A stretch of DNA of 64,000 bases from an uncultured Chloroflexia bacterium. Lineage in GTDB: Bacteria > Chloroflexota > Limnocylindria > Limnocylindrales > CSP1-4. The translations under genes and the position numbers were made by a program. This document shows positions 1 to 11,563 of the stretch, piece after piece. The DNA is taken from contig CAWELX010000001.1 in NCBI GenBank assembly GCA_963810065.1, positions 41,750 through 105,749 of the forward strand, in the 5' to 3' direction. How positions within the stretch are numbered: the stretch's first letter is position 1; every line of letters starts with the position of its first letter. The notes below the pieces were generated by a model. That model made no database searches and was not told the DNA's origin. It saw only the letters and a program-made list of their open reading frames with translations.

Positions 1-855
1 CTCGTCCAGGCCGGTGCGTGCCTTGGCGGACACGGGAACGAGCGGCACGTCGCCGCCGTACTCCTCGACGACGACGTTCGCCTCGGCGAGCTCCGTCTTC
101 ACCCGGTCCTGGTTCGCGTCCGGCTTGTCGATCTTGTTGAGGGCGATGATGATCGGCACCTTGGCCGCCCGGGCGTGGCTGATCGCCTCGAGGGTCTGGG
201 GCATCACGCCGTCGTCGGCCGCGACGACGATCACCGCGATATCGGTGACCCGCGCCCCGCGGGCGCGCATGGCCGTGAACGCCTCGTGCCCCGGCGTGTC
301 GAGGAAGACGACCTTCTTGCCGTCCTTCGTCACCTCGGACGCGCCGATGTGCTGGGTGATCCCGCCGCGCTCCCCAGAGGCGACCGTCGTGCTGCGGATC
401 GCGTCGAGGAGGCTCGTCTTGCCGTGGTCGACGTGGCCCATCACGGTCACGATCGGAGGCCGGGCCAGCATCAGCGCCGGATCGTCCTCGCCGAGCAGCG
501 TGGGGTCCTTCGTCGCGGGAGCCGCGACCTCCATGCCCTCCTCGGCGGTCTCGGTGGCCGCTTCCTCGGTCTCGGCAACCTCGTAGCCGAGCTCGGTCGC
601 GACGAGCGACGCGGTGTCGCGGTCGATGAGCTGGTTGATCGTGGCGAAGATACCGCTCTTGATCAGCTCGCGGATCACGTCCGCGGGGTTCACGTCCAGC
701 AGCTCGGCCAGCTCCTTGACGGTGATCGTGGGCGGCAGCGAGACGGCTGCCCGCTCTCGGGACTCGGCGACGGAGGCCGGCGAGAAGCCGCCCTCCCGCC
801 GCTGCGGCTTGCGAGGGCCGCGGCGTCCGCGGGTCCCGCTCCTGCTCCTGGCCAT
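1..855 (-). CDS. infB: Translation initiation factor IF-2 (5' part, runs off window)
   Basis: Reads MARSRSG...[20 protein letters not shown]...GITQHIG...[18 protein letters not shown]; ATG at 855 with GGAGG SD; follows nusA-ylxR. Confidence 0.97.
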   Translation of the reverse strand, partial: MARSRSGTRGRRGPRKPQRREGGFSPASVAESRERAAVSLPPTITVKELAELLDVNPADVIRELIKSGIFATINQLIDRDTASLVATELGYEVAETEEAATETAEEGMEVAAPATKDPTLLGEDDPALMLARPPIVTVMGHVDHGKTSLLDAIRSTTVASGERGGITQHIGASEVTKDGKKVVFLDTPGHEAFTAMRARGARVTDIAVIVVAADDGVMPQTLEAISHARAAKVPIIIALNKIDKPDANQDRVKTELAEANVVVEEYGGDVPLVPVSAKARTGLDE

Positions 856-1178
856 CAGGACCCTCCTTCGTGGTCGGTGGTGATGTCGTCGGCACTGGTC
901 CCGGGAGCCGGTGGGGCTCCGAAGAGCCCGGCCGGGATGGGGACGTCGAGGGCCCGCCGAAGCGCCCCCCGGGTGATCGAGCTGTGCTGGCACGCTGGGT
1001 CGGCGCAGACATATGCGCCGCGTCCCGGTGCCTTTCCGGTCGGGTCCACGAGGACGTTCCCGGCAGGATCCCGGACGACCCGCATGAGCTCGCGCTTCTG
1101 GCGAGCGGTCCGGCACGCGACGCAGGTCCGGGTCGGGTACCGCCGCGCGGGCGGGCCGTCCGTCGCGGCGCGGGCTAC
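855..1178 (-). CDS. ylxR: YlxR/RnpM family RNA-binding protein (start uncertain, probably non-canonical)
   Basis: PTRTCVAC...ELMRVVR...GRGAYVC motifs; the PxRTCxxC motif lies upstream of the first ATG (1085). Confidence 0.9.
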   Translation of the reverse strand, partial: VARAATDGPPARRYPTRTCVACRTARQKRELMRVVRDPAGNVLVDPTGKAPGRGAYVCADPACQHSSITRGALRRALDVPIPAGLFGAPPAPGTSADDITTDHEGGS

Positions 1179-2350
1179 GACGCCACCTCCTTCGCGGCCT
1201 CGCTCCCGGGATCGGGAACGGCCGTGTCCGGGGCCGGCGCCGGCTCGGGTTGCGGTGTGGCAGCGTCAGCGGCCGGCGCTTCCTCGGCCTCGGGTGTGGC
1301 CGGGACGGGCTCGGGCTCGTGGCCCTGCACGTCGCTCCGGATGTTGATGCGCCACCCCGTGAGCTTCGCGGCAAGGCTCGCGTTCTGGCCGCCGCGCCCG
1401 ATGGCGAGCGACAGCATCCGCTCCGGGACCGTCACGTTCGCGACGCGGCCCTCTTCGTCGATGACGACCCCGTCCACCTGCGCGGGCGAGAGGGCCTTGG
1501 CGACGAAGACGGCGGGATCCTCGTGCCATTCGATGACGTCGACCTTCTCGCCGGCGAGCTCGGCGACGACCGCCTGGACGCGTGCCCCGCGCTGGCCCAC
1601 CGTCGCGCCCACCGGATCGAGACCCTCCTGGCGCGACGCGACGGCGACCTTGCTGCGGCTGCCGGGATCCCGCGAGATCGCCTTGATCTCGACGGTCCCG
1701 GCGTGGATCTCGGGGACCTCCAGCTCGAACAGGCGGCGCAGGAAGCCCTTGTGGGTTCGGCTCACGAGCACCTGCGGGCCCTTGGGCGTCCTTCGCACCT
1801 CGAGCACGAAGGCCTTCACGTTCTGGCCGATGCGGTAGTGCTCCACCGGGGACTGCTCGGTCGTGGCGAGGATGGCCTCGGCCTTGCCGAGGTCCAGGAT
1901 GATCGCGCGCGGCTCGACACGATTGACGGTGCCCGTGATCAGCTCGCCCTCGCGGCTCGCGAACTGGTCGTAGACGACGTCCCGCTCCGCCTCGCGAAGG
2001 CGCTGCAGCACGACCTGCTTGGCCGTCTGGGCGCCGATCCGGCCGAACGCGTCCTGGCCCAGCTGCTCCGTCACGATCACGTCACCCGGCTGGGCCCCGG
2101 CCTGGTAGGCGGCGGCCGCCTCGACGGTGAGCTGCGTGAGCTCGTCCTCGATCTCCTCGACCACGAGGCGCTCGCGGGTGACCATCATCTCGCCGCGCTC
2201 CGGGTCGATGCGGACGCGCACGTCCTCGTTGCCCGGGATCCGCCGGTAGGCGGACTCGATGGCTTCTTCGATCGTCCGGATCAGGTGCTCCCGCGGGACC
2301 CCCTTCTCCGCGTTGAGCTGGAGGAGGGCGCCGACGAAGTCACGGCTCAT
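1175..2350 (-). CDS. nusA: Transcription elongation factor NusA
   Basis: [13 protein letters not shown]1 and KH domains, [22 protein letters not shown]. Confidence 0.98.
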   Translation of the reverse strand: MSRDFVGALLQLNAEKGVPREHLIRTIEEAIESAYRRIPGNEDVRVRIDPERGEMMVTRERLVVEEIEDELTQLTVEAAAAYQAGAQPGDVIVTEQLGQDAFGRIGAQTAKQVVLQRLREAERDVVYDQFASREGELITGTVNRVEPRAIILDLGKAEAILATTEQSPVEHYRIGQNVKAFVLEVRRTPKGPQVLVSRTHKGFLRRLFELEVPEIHAGTVEIKAISRDPGSRSKVAVASRQEGLDPVGATVGQRGARVQAVVAELAGEKVDVIEWHEDPAVFVAKALSPAQVDGVVIDEEGRVANVTVPERMLSLAIGRGGQNASLAAKLTGWRINIRSDVQGHEPEPVPATPEAEEAPAADAATPQPEPAPAPDTAVPDPGSEAAKEVAS

Positions 2351-2408
2351 GCGCGCACCTCCCTGTTCGCCATTGTCAACGTCCGACGCCGCCGCGCCCG
2401 CCGGACCG

Positions 2409-2435
2409 AAAGAAAAACGTGGCGGTCAGCCACGT
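2409..2435 (-). terminator. Attenuator-like terminator in nusA leader
   Basis: ACGTGGC-TGACC-GCCACGT stem followed by TTTTCTTT, between a TATACT -10 box and the nusA start. Confidence 0.75.
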
Positions 2436-2464
2436 CTGGGGAGCGGCGCGGTCGTGTTCGAGCG

Positions 2465-2470
2465 AGTATA
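2465..2470 (-). promoter_or_regulatory. -10 box of nusA operon promoter
   Basis: TATACT upstream of the leader hairpin. Confidence 0.6.
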
Positions 2471-2488
2471 GCGCGCCGCGCCATCCCC

Positions 2489-2533
2489 GGCGCCGGCGTG
2501 TTCTGGGCGCCGGCGTGTTCTGGGCGCCGGCGT
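2489..2533. repeat. 17-bp tandem repeat, about 2.6 copies
   Basis: GGCGCCGGCGTGTTCTG x2 plus a partial copy. Confidence 0.85.
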
Positions 2534-2664
2534 CCCCCGATCCGCGCGGACCCGGAGGCCGGGCGCCGGCCGAGCTGGCGGCGCAGCGCAGGCCCCGGGG
2601 TGCGGCGGCGACCGCCAGGGTCGCTCGTGCCGCGGCCGCCGCCAGGTGCGGATGAGGCGCCGCC

Positions 2665-3927
2665 TCAGGACGAGGCGGGCAATCCAGTGCCGCTTGCAGG
2701 GCCGGGGAACCGCCGCTCCACGTAGTCCTCCAGCAGGGCCACGAAACGCTCCACGATGTCGTCGCCGCGGAACGTGCCGTGCAGCTTCCCGTCGACGAAG
2801 ACCGGTGCAACCGGCTCCTCGAACGTGCCGGGGAGCGAGATGCCGATGTCGGCGTGCTTGCTCTCCCCGGGCCCGTTCACGACGCAGCCCATCACGGCGA
2901 CCTTCAGCTCCTCCACGCCGGGGTGCGCCTCCTGCCACTCCGGCATGCGGTCCTTGAGGTACTGCTGGATGTCGCGGGCCATCTCCTGGAAGAAGGTCGA
3001 GGTGGTGCGTCCGCAGCCGGGGCACGCCGACACCTGGGGCAGGAAGCTGCGCAGGCCCAGGGACTGGAGGACCTGCTGGGCGACCTCGACTTCCAGCTCG
3101 CGCCCGGCGCCCGGCTCGGGGGTGAGCGAGACGCGGATCGTGTCGCCGATCCCCTCGTTGAGGAGAATGGAGAGTCCCGCCGTCGACGCGACGATCCCCT
3201 TCATGGCCATGCCGGCCTCGGTGAGGCCCAGGTGCAGCGGATAGTCGCAGCGCGCCGCCAGGAGCCGGTAGACGTCCACGAGATCGCGGACGCCCGACAC
3301 CTTGGCGCTGACGATGACCTGGTCGCGGCGCAGGCCGGTCTCCTCGGCGAGCTCGGCGGATCGGAGGGCCGACTGGAGCATCGCCTCGATCATCACGTCG
3401 CGGGCGTCGCCGGGGGCGGCCAGGCGGGCGTTCTCCTCCATGAGGACCGTCAGGAGCTGCTGGTCCAGCGAGCCCCAGTTGACGCCGATCCGTACGGGCC
3501 TGTCGTTGTCGACCGCGACGCGCACGATCGTCTGGAAGTTGGCATCGTGCTGCTTCGTCCCGACGTTGCCTGGGTTGATGCGGTACTTGGCGAGCGCCCG
3601 CGCCGCCTCCGGGTAGTCGACCAGGAGCTTGTGGCCGTTGTAGTGGAAGTCGCCCACGATCGGCGTCTCGAACCCGAGGTCGCGGACCTTGCGGACCATC
3701 TCCGGAACGGCGGCGGCGGCGGCCTCGTTGTTGACGGTGACGCGCACCAGCTGCGAGCCGGCCTGCGCCAGGCGCGCGACCTGCAGGGCGGTCGCGTCGG
3801 CGTCCGCCGTGTCGGTGTTGGTCATCGACTGCACGACGACGGGGTGCGCACTGCCCACGAGGACCCCGCCGACGTCGACCGAGGGGGTCGGGCGACGTCG
3901 GGGTCGCAGCGCGTCGGGCGTGCTCAC
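2665..3927 (-). CDS. ispG: HMBPP synthase IspG
   Basis: [49 protein letters not shown]; GTG start overlaps rseP stop. Confidence 0.97.
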   Translation of the reverse strand: MSTPDALRPRRRPTPSVDVGGVLVGSAHPVVVQSMTNTDTADADATALQVARLAQAGSQLVRVTVNNEAAAAAVPEMVRKVRDLGFETPIVGDFHYNGHKLLVDYPEAARALAKYRINPGNVGTKQHDANFQTIVRVAVDNDRPVRIGVNWGSLDQQLLTVLMEENARLAAPGDARDVMIEAMLQSALRSAELAEETGLRRDQVIVSAKVSGVRDLVDVYRLLAARCDYPLHLGLTEAGMAMKGIVASTAGLSILLNEGIGDTIRVSLTPEPGAGRELEVEVAQQVLQSLGLRSFLPQVSACPGCGRTTSTFFQEMARDIQQYLKDRMPEWQEAHPGVEELKVAVMGCVVNGPGESKHADIGISLPGTFEEPVAPVFVDGKLHGTFRGDDIVERFVALLEDYVERRFPGPASGTGLPASS

Positions 3928-5078
3928 GGGGTGCCGCCGCCCACCTGCCGCGCGATATCGAAGTACGTGATCCAGATGAGGAATCCGAACAGGAACACGA
4001 ACCCGACCAGGTAGGTGAGGCGCTCGGCGGACATGACGGCCTGCGACGAAGGGCCGCTGACGCGGATGCCCGCGGCACGCAACGCGCGGCCGCCGCCCGA
4101 CAGGATGGCCTTGATGAGGAGCACCAGCATCCGTCCGCCGTCGAGCGGCGGGAACGGCAGGATGTTCACGAGGGCCAGGTTCGCCGAGAGGAGGCCGGCC
4201 AGGTACAGCGTGAAGATGGGCCCCAGCTGCCAGAAGACGTCGCCGACCTGCACCGCGATGCCCACCGGGCCTGACACCGGCGGTGCCTGGCCAGGGTTCG
4301 AGACGATGGACGCCACGAGGTCGGCGAGGCCGTTCAGGATGAGCGTGAACGCGGACACGGTCCACGCTGCCCCAGCGGCGACGGCGGAGACGATGTCACG
4401 TCCCTGGTACTCCCCGGTGAAGACGAGCTGGGCCCCCCGGATCCCCAGGGCGCCCTTGTCGGCGGCGACCTCCGGAGGCCGGAGCACGACGTCGACCGTG
4501 CGGACGACCCCGTCCGCGCCCTTCACGCTCAGGGTCACGGTCTGACCGGCCTTGTCCTTGAGCGCGGCGATGGCCGCCCGCCCGGCATCCGGGCTCGGGA
4601 ACAGGTCGAACGTCTCGCCGTCGATCGCCACGATGGTGTCCCCGGGCTTGAGGCCGGCGGCCTCGGCCGGCGAGCCCGCGGCGACCTCGGCGAACTGCAG
4701 CCCGCCCTGGGGGGTGGCGAGCCAGGCGATCCCGAAGAAGATCACGAACGCCAGGAGCAGGTTCATGCCGACGCCGGCGATCAGGACGACGAGCTTCTTC
4801 CAGAGGCGCTGCACCGCGAAGGAGCGCGGATCGTCCGAGTCGCCGTCCTCCCCGTCCAGCCGCACGAAGCCGCCGATCGGGAGCCAGTTGAGCGTGTACA
4901 CCGTCTCGCCCCGGGCGCGCAGGACCTTGGCCTGCGGCGGGAAGCCGATGCCGAACTCCAGGACGCGGATCCCGAAGACGCGGGCGAGCACGAAGTGGCC
5001 GACCTCGTGGATGACCACGAGGCCGCCGAGGATGAGGATGAACAGCGCGATCGTGATCGCGCCCTGGATGATGGCCAT
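3924..5078 (-). CDS. rseP: RseP-like M50 site-2 metalloprotease with PDZ domain
   Basis: [25 protein letters not shown]. Confidence 0.95.
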   Translation of the reverse strand: MAIIQGAITIALFILILGGLVVIHEVGHFVLARVFGIRVLEFGIGFPPQAKVLRARGETVYTLNWLPIGGFVRLDGEDGDSDDPRSFAVQRLWKKLVVLIAGVGMNLLLAFVIFFGIAWLATPQGGLQFAEVAAGSPAEAAGLKPGDTIVAIDGETFDLFPSPDAGRAAIAALKDKAGQTVTLSVKGADGVVRTVDVVLRPPEVAADKGALGIRGAQLVFTGEYQGRDIVSAVAAGAAWTVSAFTLILNGLADLVASIVSNPGQAPPVSGPVGIAVQVGDVFWQLGPIFTLYLAGLLSANLALVNILPFPPLDGGRMLVLLIKAILSGGGRALRAAGIRVSGPSSQAVMSAERLTYLVGFVFLFGFLIWITYFDIARQVGGGTP

Positions 5079-5086
5079 GCTCTCCC

Positions 5087-6331
5087 CTACGCTGCCGGGC
5101 CCGCCGCGGTTCCCCGCGCGGACTCCGGCGCCGCGAACGCCGCCCGGACCTCGGCATCGAGGGCGACGAGGTCGTCGACCCCGGGCGCCTGGTCCGAACC
5201 GGACCCATAGCGTGCCACGGCTTGCTCGAGAAGGCGCGGGATGCCCGGGAAGTCCAGGGTCCCGGCCAGGAACCGGGCCACGGCCACCTCGTCGGCGGCG
5301 ATGAGCGCCGCCGTGGCGCGCGACCCGATGGCCCCCGCCTCGCGGGCGATCCGCAGCGCCGGGAAGCGGGCCGCGTCGGGCGCCCGGAAGTCGAGCCGCG
5401 CGACGCGGACAAGGTCCGGCGGCGCTGCCGGGGATGGCCGTCGCCTCGGGTGCGTGATGGCGTACTGGATCGGGAGCCGCATGTCCGGCGTCCCCAGCTG
5501 CGCCTTGAGCGACCCGTCACGGAAGACGACGGCCGAGTGGACGACCGACTGTGGATGGATGACCACGTCGATCTGGTCATAGGGCATCCCGTAGAGCCAG
5601 TGCGCCTCGATGATCTCCAGCCCCTTGTTGACCAGCGTCGCCGAGTCGATGGTGATCTTGGCGCCCATGGTCCAGATCGGGTGGCGCAGCGCGTCGGACG
5701 GCGTGATCCCGGCGAAGGCCTCCGCCGGCGTATCGAGGAACGGCCCGCCGGAGGCCGTGATCAGGAGGCGCGCCACGTCCTCCAACGCCTCGCCGACGAG
5801 GCACTGCCAGATCGCGGAGTGCTCCGAGTCGATGGGGCGCAGCCAGCCCAGCGGCGTTGCCAGGGGATCCCGCGGATCACGGGACGATCGCTCCGCGGCC
5901 CGGGCGCGAGCCTCGGCCATCACGAGGTGGCCACCTGCGACCAGGGTTTCCTTGTTGGCGGTGGCGACGACCTTGCCGGCCCGCAGGGCGGCGAGGACCG
6001 GCCGGAGGCTCACGACGCCGTCCGTCCCGACCACCACGAGGTCGACGTCCTGGCGCGTGGCGATCGCCTCCAGCGCATCGTGGCCCCGGACCTGGTCGCA
6101 TCCGGCGGGCAGGTCCAGCGGCCTGTCGGTGCTGATGGCAGCCGCCACGGCGCCCAGCTGCCTGACCTGCGCCTCCAGGAGCGATGCCTGCGATCCGGTG
6201 GCCAGCGCTACCACCCGCCAGTCCGGTGCCAGGGCGGCGAGGACGTCAACGGCCTGCACGCCGATCGATCCGCCCGAGCCGAGGAGGGCGACCCGAACGG
6301 GGACACGCGGCGCGGGCGCGGCCTCAGCCAT
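5087..6331 (-). CDS. dxr: DXP reductoisomerase
   Basis: LGSGGSIG, ANKETLV, PIDSEH, HPIWTMGAKITIDSAT. Confidence 0.97.
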   Translation of the reverse strand: MAEAAPAPRVPVRVALLGSGGSIGVQAVDVLAALAPDWRVVALATGSQASLLEAQVRQLGAVAAAISTDRPLDLPAGCDQVRGHDALEAIATRQDVDLVVVGTDGVVSLRPVLAALRAGKVVATANKETLVAGGHLVMAEARARAAERSSRDPRDPLATPLGWLRPIDSEHSAIWQCLVGEALEDVARLLITASGGPFLDTPAEAFAGITPSDALRHPIWTMGAKITIDSATLVNKGLEIIEAHWLYGMPYDQIDVVIHPQSVVHSAVVFRDGSLKAQLGTPDMRLPIQYAITHPRRRPSPAAPPDLVRVARLDFRAPDAARFPALRIAREAGAIGSRATAALIAADEVAVARFLAGTLDFPGIPRLLEQAVARYGSGSDQAPGVDDLVALDAEVRAAFAAPESARGTAAGPAA

Positions 6332-7202
6332 GGACGAGAGCGACCCAGGCAGCCAGCACGGGTGCCGCGAACAGGAGCGAATCGACCCGATCCAGGATCC
6401 CGCCGTGGCCAGGGATGAGGGTCCCCGAGTCCTTCGCGCCCGCAGCGCGCTTGAGGAGCGACTCGGCCAGGTCGCCCGACTGGGCGACGATTCCGAGCAG
6501 CGGCCCCAGGACGAGCGCCTCGAGCGGCGAGCTGCTGCTGATCCCCAGCACGACCGCGACGCCGACCGTGGCCGCGACCAGGCCGCCCAGGACTCCCTCC
6601 AGGGTCTTCTTGGGCGAGATCCACGGCAGGAACGGGCGCCGGCCGATCGCGCGGCCGACCAGGTACGCGCCGGTGTCGAAGCTCCACACCCCGGCCAGGA
6701 GCACGAGCACCCAACGCCGCTCCGGCCAGAAGACCCGCTCGAAGGACGCCGGGTCGGTCCACTGGGTGGTCAGGAGGGCGATCGTCCCGAGGAGGCCGAC
6801 GTAGAGGGCGCCATAGAGCGTGGACGACCATGCGGCGAACCCGTCGGCCGGGTCGCGACGCGCGAACGCGAGCATTGCCAGCGCGACCGCCACCACGCCC
6901 AGGAGCGCCAGTCCGTCGACGGCGCCGACGCGCGCCGCAAGGTCCGCCGACGTCCCCTGCTCTCCGAGCAGCTTGCTTCCCAGGATGGCGGGGATCGCGG
7001 CGGCCGCCACCAGCACGAGCGAGCCACCGACCACGCCGTTGCGCAGGACGGGTCGGCCCGCCGCCGGAAGGAGGCGCTCGGCCTCGCGCGCCGCAAGGGC
7101 AGCGAGGATCAGGACGAGGATGCCGACCCCGACGCCACCGCCGGCGATCGCAAGGATGACGATCGGGACGATGACCAGCGCGCTGAGGGTGCGCTCTTGC
7201 AC
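6324..7202 (-). CDS. cdsA: Phosphatidate cytidylyltransferase
   Basis: DTGAY, ISPKKTLEG, GDLAESLLKR..KDSG.LIPGHGGILDRVDS; GTG start. Confidence 0.95.
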   Translation of the reverse strand: MQERTLSALVIVPIVILAIAGGGVGVGILVLILAALAAREAERLLPAAGRPVLRNGVVGGSLVLVAAAAIPAILGSKLLGEQGTSADLAARVGAVDGLALLGVVAVALAMLAFARRDPADGFAAWSSTLYGALYVGLLGTIALLTTQWTDPASFERVFWPERRWVLVLLAGVWSFDTGAYLVGRAIGRRPFLPWISPKKTLEGVLGGLVAATVGVAVVLGISSSSPLEALVLGPLLGIVAQSGDLAESLLKRAAGAKDSGTLIPGHGGILDRVDSLLFAAPVLAAWVALVHG

Positions 7203-7210
7203 GAGGCCTC

Positions 7211-8005
7211 CTAGGTTCCGAAGCGCCGCGAGCGACGGGCGAACGCGTCCAGCGCCGCGTCGTAGGCTGCCTCGTCGAAGTCCGGCCACAGCGTGTCGCA
7301 CGACCAGAACTCGGCGTAGGCGCTCTGCCAGATCAGGAAGTTGGAGAGGCGCTGCTCACCGCCGGTCCGGATCACGAGGTCGGGGTCCGGCATGCCGCGC
7401 GTGTAGAGGCGTTCGGCGATCGCCGACTCGTCGATGTCGTCGGGCCCAAGCCCGTCCGCGACAATCGAACGGACCGCGTCCACCAGCTCCGTCCGGCCGG
7501 CGTAGTTGAACGCCACGGCAAGGGTCAGGCGGGTCCCGTTGTCCGTCGCCGCAAGCGCCTCCCCGATGGAATCGCGCAGGTCGGCGGGCAGCTCCTCCAC
7601 CCGCCCCAGGAGCCGGACGCGGACGCCCTGCCGCACCAGCTCGGGCGTCTCGGCCCGGATCGCCTGGTCCAGCAGGCGGAAGAGGCCGATCACCTCCTCG
7701 TCGGAGCGGGCCCAGTTCTCGCGGCTGAAGGCATACAGCGAGAGGTAGCCGACACCGCGTCGGAGCGTGTGCTCCACGAGCCAGCGGATCTTCTCGACGC
7801 CGGCGGCATGGCCGTCCAGCTCGTCGAGGCCGTGCTCGCGGGCCCAGCGGCGGTTGCCGTCCATGATGATCGCCACGTGGGCGGCGTTGACGGGCACCTC
7901 CGCAGGCAGCGCCGCGTCGGGCACCGTGATGATCTCCCCATCCGCGAGAGCCGCGTGGGCAACCGGCGGGGAGTCGGTCGGGCGCGCGAGCCGGGCGCCG
8001 GTCAC
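7211..8005 (-). CDS. uppS: Polyprenyl diphosphate synthase
   Basis: HVAIIMDGNRRWA, YAFSRENW, RTGGEQRLSNFLIWQ. Confidence 0.97.
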   Translation of the reverse strand: MTGARLARPTDSPPVAHAALADGEIITVPDAALPAEVPVNAAHVAIIMDGNRRWAREHGLDELDGHAAGVEKIRWLVEHTLRRGVGYLSLYAFSRENWARSDEEVIGLFRLLDQAIRAETPELVRQGVRVRLLGRVEELPADLRDSIGEALAATDNGTRLTLAVAFNYAGRTELVDAVRSIVADGLGPDDIDESAIAERLYTRGMPDPDLVIRTGGEQRLSNFLIWQSAYAEFWSCDTLWPDFDEAAYDAALDAFARRSRRFGT

Positions 8006-8562
8006 TAGACCTCCAGCACCTCGCGCTCCTTGGCGCCCCCGACCTTGTCGACCTCGGCCACGTAGCGGTCCGTGACCTTCTGCAGCAGCTCAAGCTCGCG
8101 ATGGGCCTCGTCGGTCCCGATGACGCCGTCACGCTCCTCGTGCTTGATCGCGTCGGCGGCCTCCCGGCGGAGATTGCGGATCTCGACCTTCGCCTCCTCC
8201 ATCCGCCGGTGCACGACCTTGACGAGGTCGCGACGGCGCTCCTCCGTGAGGGGCGGGATGTTGAGACGGACGACGGTCCCGTCCACGTTCGGCACCAGGC
8301 CGATGTCGCTCTTGAGGATCGCCTTCTCGATGGCGCCCAGGACCCCCCGATCCCAGGGCTGGATGACGATCAGGTGCTGCTCCGGGACGCTGATCCCGGC
8401 AAGCTGGTTGAGCGCCGTCGGCGTCCCGTAGTAGTCCACGTGGATGCGCTCGACGAGGGCGGTCGACGCGCGTCCCGTCCTGATGCCCTGCAGGTCGCGC
8501 TCCATCACTTCCACGGCGCGGGCCATCTTGGGCTCGATGGCCGCGAGGACCTGGCTGGTCAT
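8005..8562 (-). CDS. frr: Ribosome recycling factor
   Basis: [20 protein letters not shown]. Confidence 0.98.
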   Translation of the reverse strand: MTSQVLAAIEPKMARAVEVMERDLQGIRTGRASTALVERIHVDYYGTPTALNQLAGISVPEQHLIVIQPWDRGVLGAIEKAILKSDIGLVPNVDGTVVRLNIPPLTEERRRDLVKVVHRRMEEAKVEIRNLRREAADAIKHEERDGVIGTDEAHRELELLQKVTDRYVAEVDKVGGAKEREVLEV

Positions 8563-9326
8563 GCGGGTGAACCTCCGGAGATGCGGGTCCCGACCTGCTC
8601 TCCCATCGCCGCCCGTCGGACGTTGTCCGCCGCGTTCAGGTCGAAGACGATGATGGGAAGGTCATTCTCCATGCACAGTGACACGGCCGTCGCGTCGAGC
8701 ACCGCGAGGCGTTCGGTGAGCACGTCGGCATAGGTCAGCTCGGTGTAGCGCTTCGCCCCCGGATGGGTCATCGGGTCGGCGTCGTACACGCCGTCCACCT
8801 TCGTGGCCTTGAGCAGGACGGAGGCGCCGATCTCGACGGCGCGAAGGGCCGCGGCCGTGTCGGTGGTGAAGTAGGGATTGCCGGTGCCGGCCACGAAGAT
8901 GGTGACCCGCCCCTTCTCGAGGTGGCGAATCGCCCGACGCCGGATGTACGGCTCCGCGACCTCGTTCATCGCGATCGCCGTCATGACCCGCGTCGGGATG
9001 CCGGTGCGCTCCAGCGCGTCCTGGAGCGCCAGCCCGTTCATCACGGTGGCCAGCATCCCCATGTAGTCCCCGGTGGCACGGTCCATGCCCCGTGCAGCAG
9101 CCGCGAGGCCCCGGAAGATGTTGCCGCCGCCGACGACGAGCCCCACCTGGACGCCGGCGGCCTGCGCCGCGGCCACCTGGGTCGCGATGAACGCGCAGAA
9201 CGCGGGGTCCACACCGTACGGGCGATCGCCCAGGAGCGCCTCGCCCGAGATCTTGAGAAGGACCCGCCCGTAGCGGGCCGCCGGCGCCGCGCCGGTCCCG
9301 TCGGCCGAGCCGCCGCCCTCGCTCAC
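8559..9326 (-). CDS. pyrH: UMP kinase
   Basis: [27 protein letters not shown]; GTGA overlap with tsf. Confidence 0.97.
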   Translation of the reverse strand: MSEGGGSADGTGAAPAARYGRVLLKISGEALLGDRPYGVDPAFCAFIATQVAAAQAAGVQVGLVVGGGNIFRGLAAAARGMDRATGDYMGMLATVMNGLALQDALERTGIPTRVMTAIAMNEVAEPYIRRRAIRHLEKGRVTIFVAGTGNPYFTTDTAAALRAVEIGASVLLKATKVDGVYDADPMTHPGAKRYTELTYADVLTERLAVLDATAVSLCMENDLPIIVFDLNAADNVRRAAMGEQVGTRISGGSPA

Positions 9327-9922
9327 AGCTCCTCGCCGAGCGCGTAGCGGGTGAAGCGGCGAACGCGGATGTTCTCGCCGATCGTCGCGATCGCAGCCGT
9401 CACCAGGTCGCGAACGGCCTGGTCCGTGTCGCGGAATGGCTGCTCCAGCAGGCACACCTCGGCATACCACTTCTTGAGCTGGCCTTCGATGATCTGGGGC
9501 CGGATGTGCTCGGGCTTCTTCTGCACGGTCTCGTCGGCGAGCAGCGCCGCCTTCCTGGCTTCCAGCTCGGCTTCCGGGATCCGGTCGATGTCGACGTACA
9601 GCGGAGCGAGGCCGGCGACCTGCATGGCCAGGTCGCGCACCAGCTTCTGGAACTGGTCGGTGCGGGCGACGAAGTCCGTCTCGCAGTTGACCTCGATGAG
9701 CACGCCCACGCGGCCACCTGGATGGATGTAGCTGGCCACGACGCCCTCGCGGGCCTCCCGGCCGGCGCGCCGGGCGGCCGCCGAAAGGCCGCGCTCGCGG
9801 AGGAGCACGACGGCCTTCTCGACGTCGCCTTCCGTCTCCTCGAGGGCGCGCTTGCAGTCCATCATCCCGGCGCCGGTGCGCTCGCGGAGGACCTTGACCT
9901 CGGCGGCGGAGAAGTTCGCCAT
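9323..9922 (-). CDS. tsf: Elongation factor Ts (short form)
   Basis: [23 protein letters not shown]. Confidence 0.98.
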   Translation of the reverse strand: MANFSAAEVKVLRERTGAGMMDCKRALEETEGDVEKAVVLLRERGLSAAARRAGREAREGVVASYIHPGGRVGVLIEVNCETDFVARTDQFQKLVRDLAMQVAGLAPLYVDIDRIPEAELEARKAALLADETVQKKPEHIRPQIIEGQLKKWYAEVCLLEQPFRDTDQAVRDLVTAAIATIGENIRVRRFTRYALGEEL

Positions 9923-10008
9923 GGGGGGGTGCGTCTCCTGTCGTCCTCCCGGCCGTGGCAGGGAGGTTCGGGTGCGGCGGCAGCGTGCCGCCGCACGGTG
10001 GCTCGGAC

Positions 10009-10881
10009 TTACTGGGCCTCGCCCTCGACGGCCGGGGGCTCCGGGAGGAGCTCCTCTTCCGCGTCGGGCTCGAAGGTGAGGGCGCCGCCCGCGGCGGCCA
10101 GCTGTGCGACCAGGTCGTCGGCGGAGGCGATCTCCTCCACCTCGAAGGCCGTCACCGCGGTCGGCTCGACCTCGGGCTCGCGCTCGGAACGCGAGGCGCG
10201 CTCACGGCTGCCGGCGATGGCCGCGTCCGCGACCAGGCCACACAGGAGCCGGATCGCACGGATCGCGTCGTCGTTGGCCGGGATGATGTAGTCGATCTCG
10301 TCGGGGTCGACGTTCGTGTCGCCGGTGCCGACGATCGGGATCTCCAGCTTGCGGGCTTCGGTGACGGCGATGCGCTCGCGGGCCGGGTCGACGATGAAGA
10401 CCACGCCGGGAACGCGCTTCATCTTGCGGATGCCGCCGAGCGTCAGGCGGAGCTTGCGCAGCTCCTCCATGTAGCGCGCGGCTTCCTTCTTCGGCATCCG
10501 CTCGAAGTCGCCGTTGGCGAGGCGCGCCTCGAGCTGCTCGAGCAGGCCGAGCCGCTTCTTGATCGTCACGAAGTTGGTGAGCATGCCGCCCAGCCAGCGC
10601 TGGTTCACGTAGGGCTGGTTGGCGCGATCCGCTTCCTGGGAGACCGGCTCCTGGGCCTGCTTCTTGGTTCCCACGAAGAGGACGGCCTCGCCGCGCGCCG
10701 TGGTCTCACGGACTGCCTCCAGCGCCACGTCGAGGCGCTGCACGGTCTGGGCCAGGTCGATGATGTGGATCCCGTTGCGCTCCGCGAAGATGAACGGGCG
10801 CATCTTGGGATTCCAGCGGCGCGTCTGGTGGCCGAAATGGACGCCGGCCTCGAGCAGCTGCCGCATGGAGACGGTTGGCAC
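10009..10881 (-). CDS. rpsB: 30S ribosomal protein S2
   Basis: [19 protein letters not shown]; GTG start with AGGAGG SD. Confidence 0.98.
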   Translation of the reverse strand: MPTVSMRQLLEAGVHFGHQTRRWNPKMRPFIFAERNGIHIIDLAQTVQRLDVALEAVRETTARGEAVLFVGTKKQAQEPVSQEADRANQPYVNQRWLGGMLTNFVTIKKRLGLLEQLEARLANGDFERMPKKEAARYMEELRKLRLTLGGIRKMKRVPGVVFIVDPARERIAVTEARKLEIPIVGTGDTNVDPDEIDYIIPANDDAIRAIRLLCGLVADAAIAGSRERASRSEREPEVEPTAVTAFEVEEIASADDLVAQLAAAGGALTFEPDAEEELLPEPPAVEGEAQ

Positions 10882-10894
10882 GCGTGGTCCTCCT

Positions 10895-11045
10895 GTCCGG
10901 TTGATCCTCCGCGGGCCCCGCCCCGGACCGGGTCGCACGAGCGTCTCGCTCGGCTCCCCGGCACCGCCCGGGTACGGTGGCGGCACCGCGTGTGGGCTCG
11001 TCACCGCGGCGCGGCGACGGCGGCTGGCGGAACGGGCCCGGCAGC
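10895..11045 (-). promoter_or_regulatory. rpsB 5' leader, putative S2 autoregulatory RNA
   Basis: CACACGC (10988-10994) and GCGGAGG..AACC (about 10899-10912) motifs reminiscent of Gram-positive rpsB leaders; TG-n-TAGACT promoter at 11053-11061. Confidence 0.6.
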
Positions 11046-11112
11046 CGCGCGGAGTCTACCACAGGGCCCTCTGACGACCGGGTCGACCTCTCGAGCGGGC
11101 CAGCCCTCCGGG

Positions 11113-11529
11113 TCAGCCGACCCCGCGGTGATGCCGAGCGCGGAGCCGGCCGCCGGACCCCGGCTCGACCGCGACGACATCCAGGCGCAATGGCAGCGCC
11201 GGCAGCAGCGTCCCGTCGGGCAGCGATCCACGCGCCGCGAGCGCTGCGGCCGCGCGCCGCAAGCGGGCGATCTTGCGGCGGTCCACGGTCTCCTCGGGAA
11301 GGCCGAAGGCCCGCGATCCGCGCCACCGGACCTCGACCACCACGAGATTGGGTGGTGGACCGGGATCTGCGGCCACGAGGTCAACCTCCAGGGTGCCGAC
11401 GCGGACGGCGTCTCCGAGGATCGACCAGCCCTGCGCCGTCAACGCCGCCGCGACCGCGTGCTCAGCAGCATCGCCGGTGGTCTGCGCCCGCGTGCGCGCC
11501 CCATCGCGGGACCTGGAGTCGTCGGTCAT
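11113..11529 (-). CDS. yraN: YraN/UPF0102 family protein
   Basis: [24 protein letters not shown]; TAGCCT 6 nt before ATG (leaderless). Confidence 0.9.
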   Translation of the reverse strand: MTDDSRSRDGARTRAQTTGDAAEHAVAAALTAQGWSILGDAVRVGTLEVDLVAADPGPPPNLVVVEVRWRGSRAFGLPEETVDRRKIARLRRAAAALAARGSLPDGTLLPALPLRLDVVAVEPGSGGRLRARHHRGVG

Positions 11530-11563
11530 GACCCGAGGCTAGCGCGCGCCGCTCTCCCCGGAC

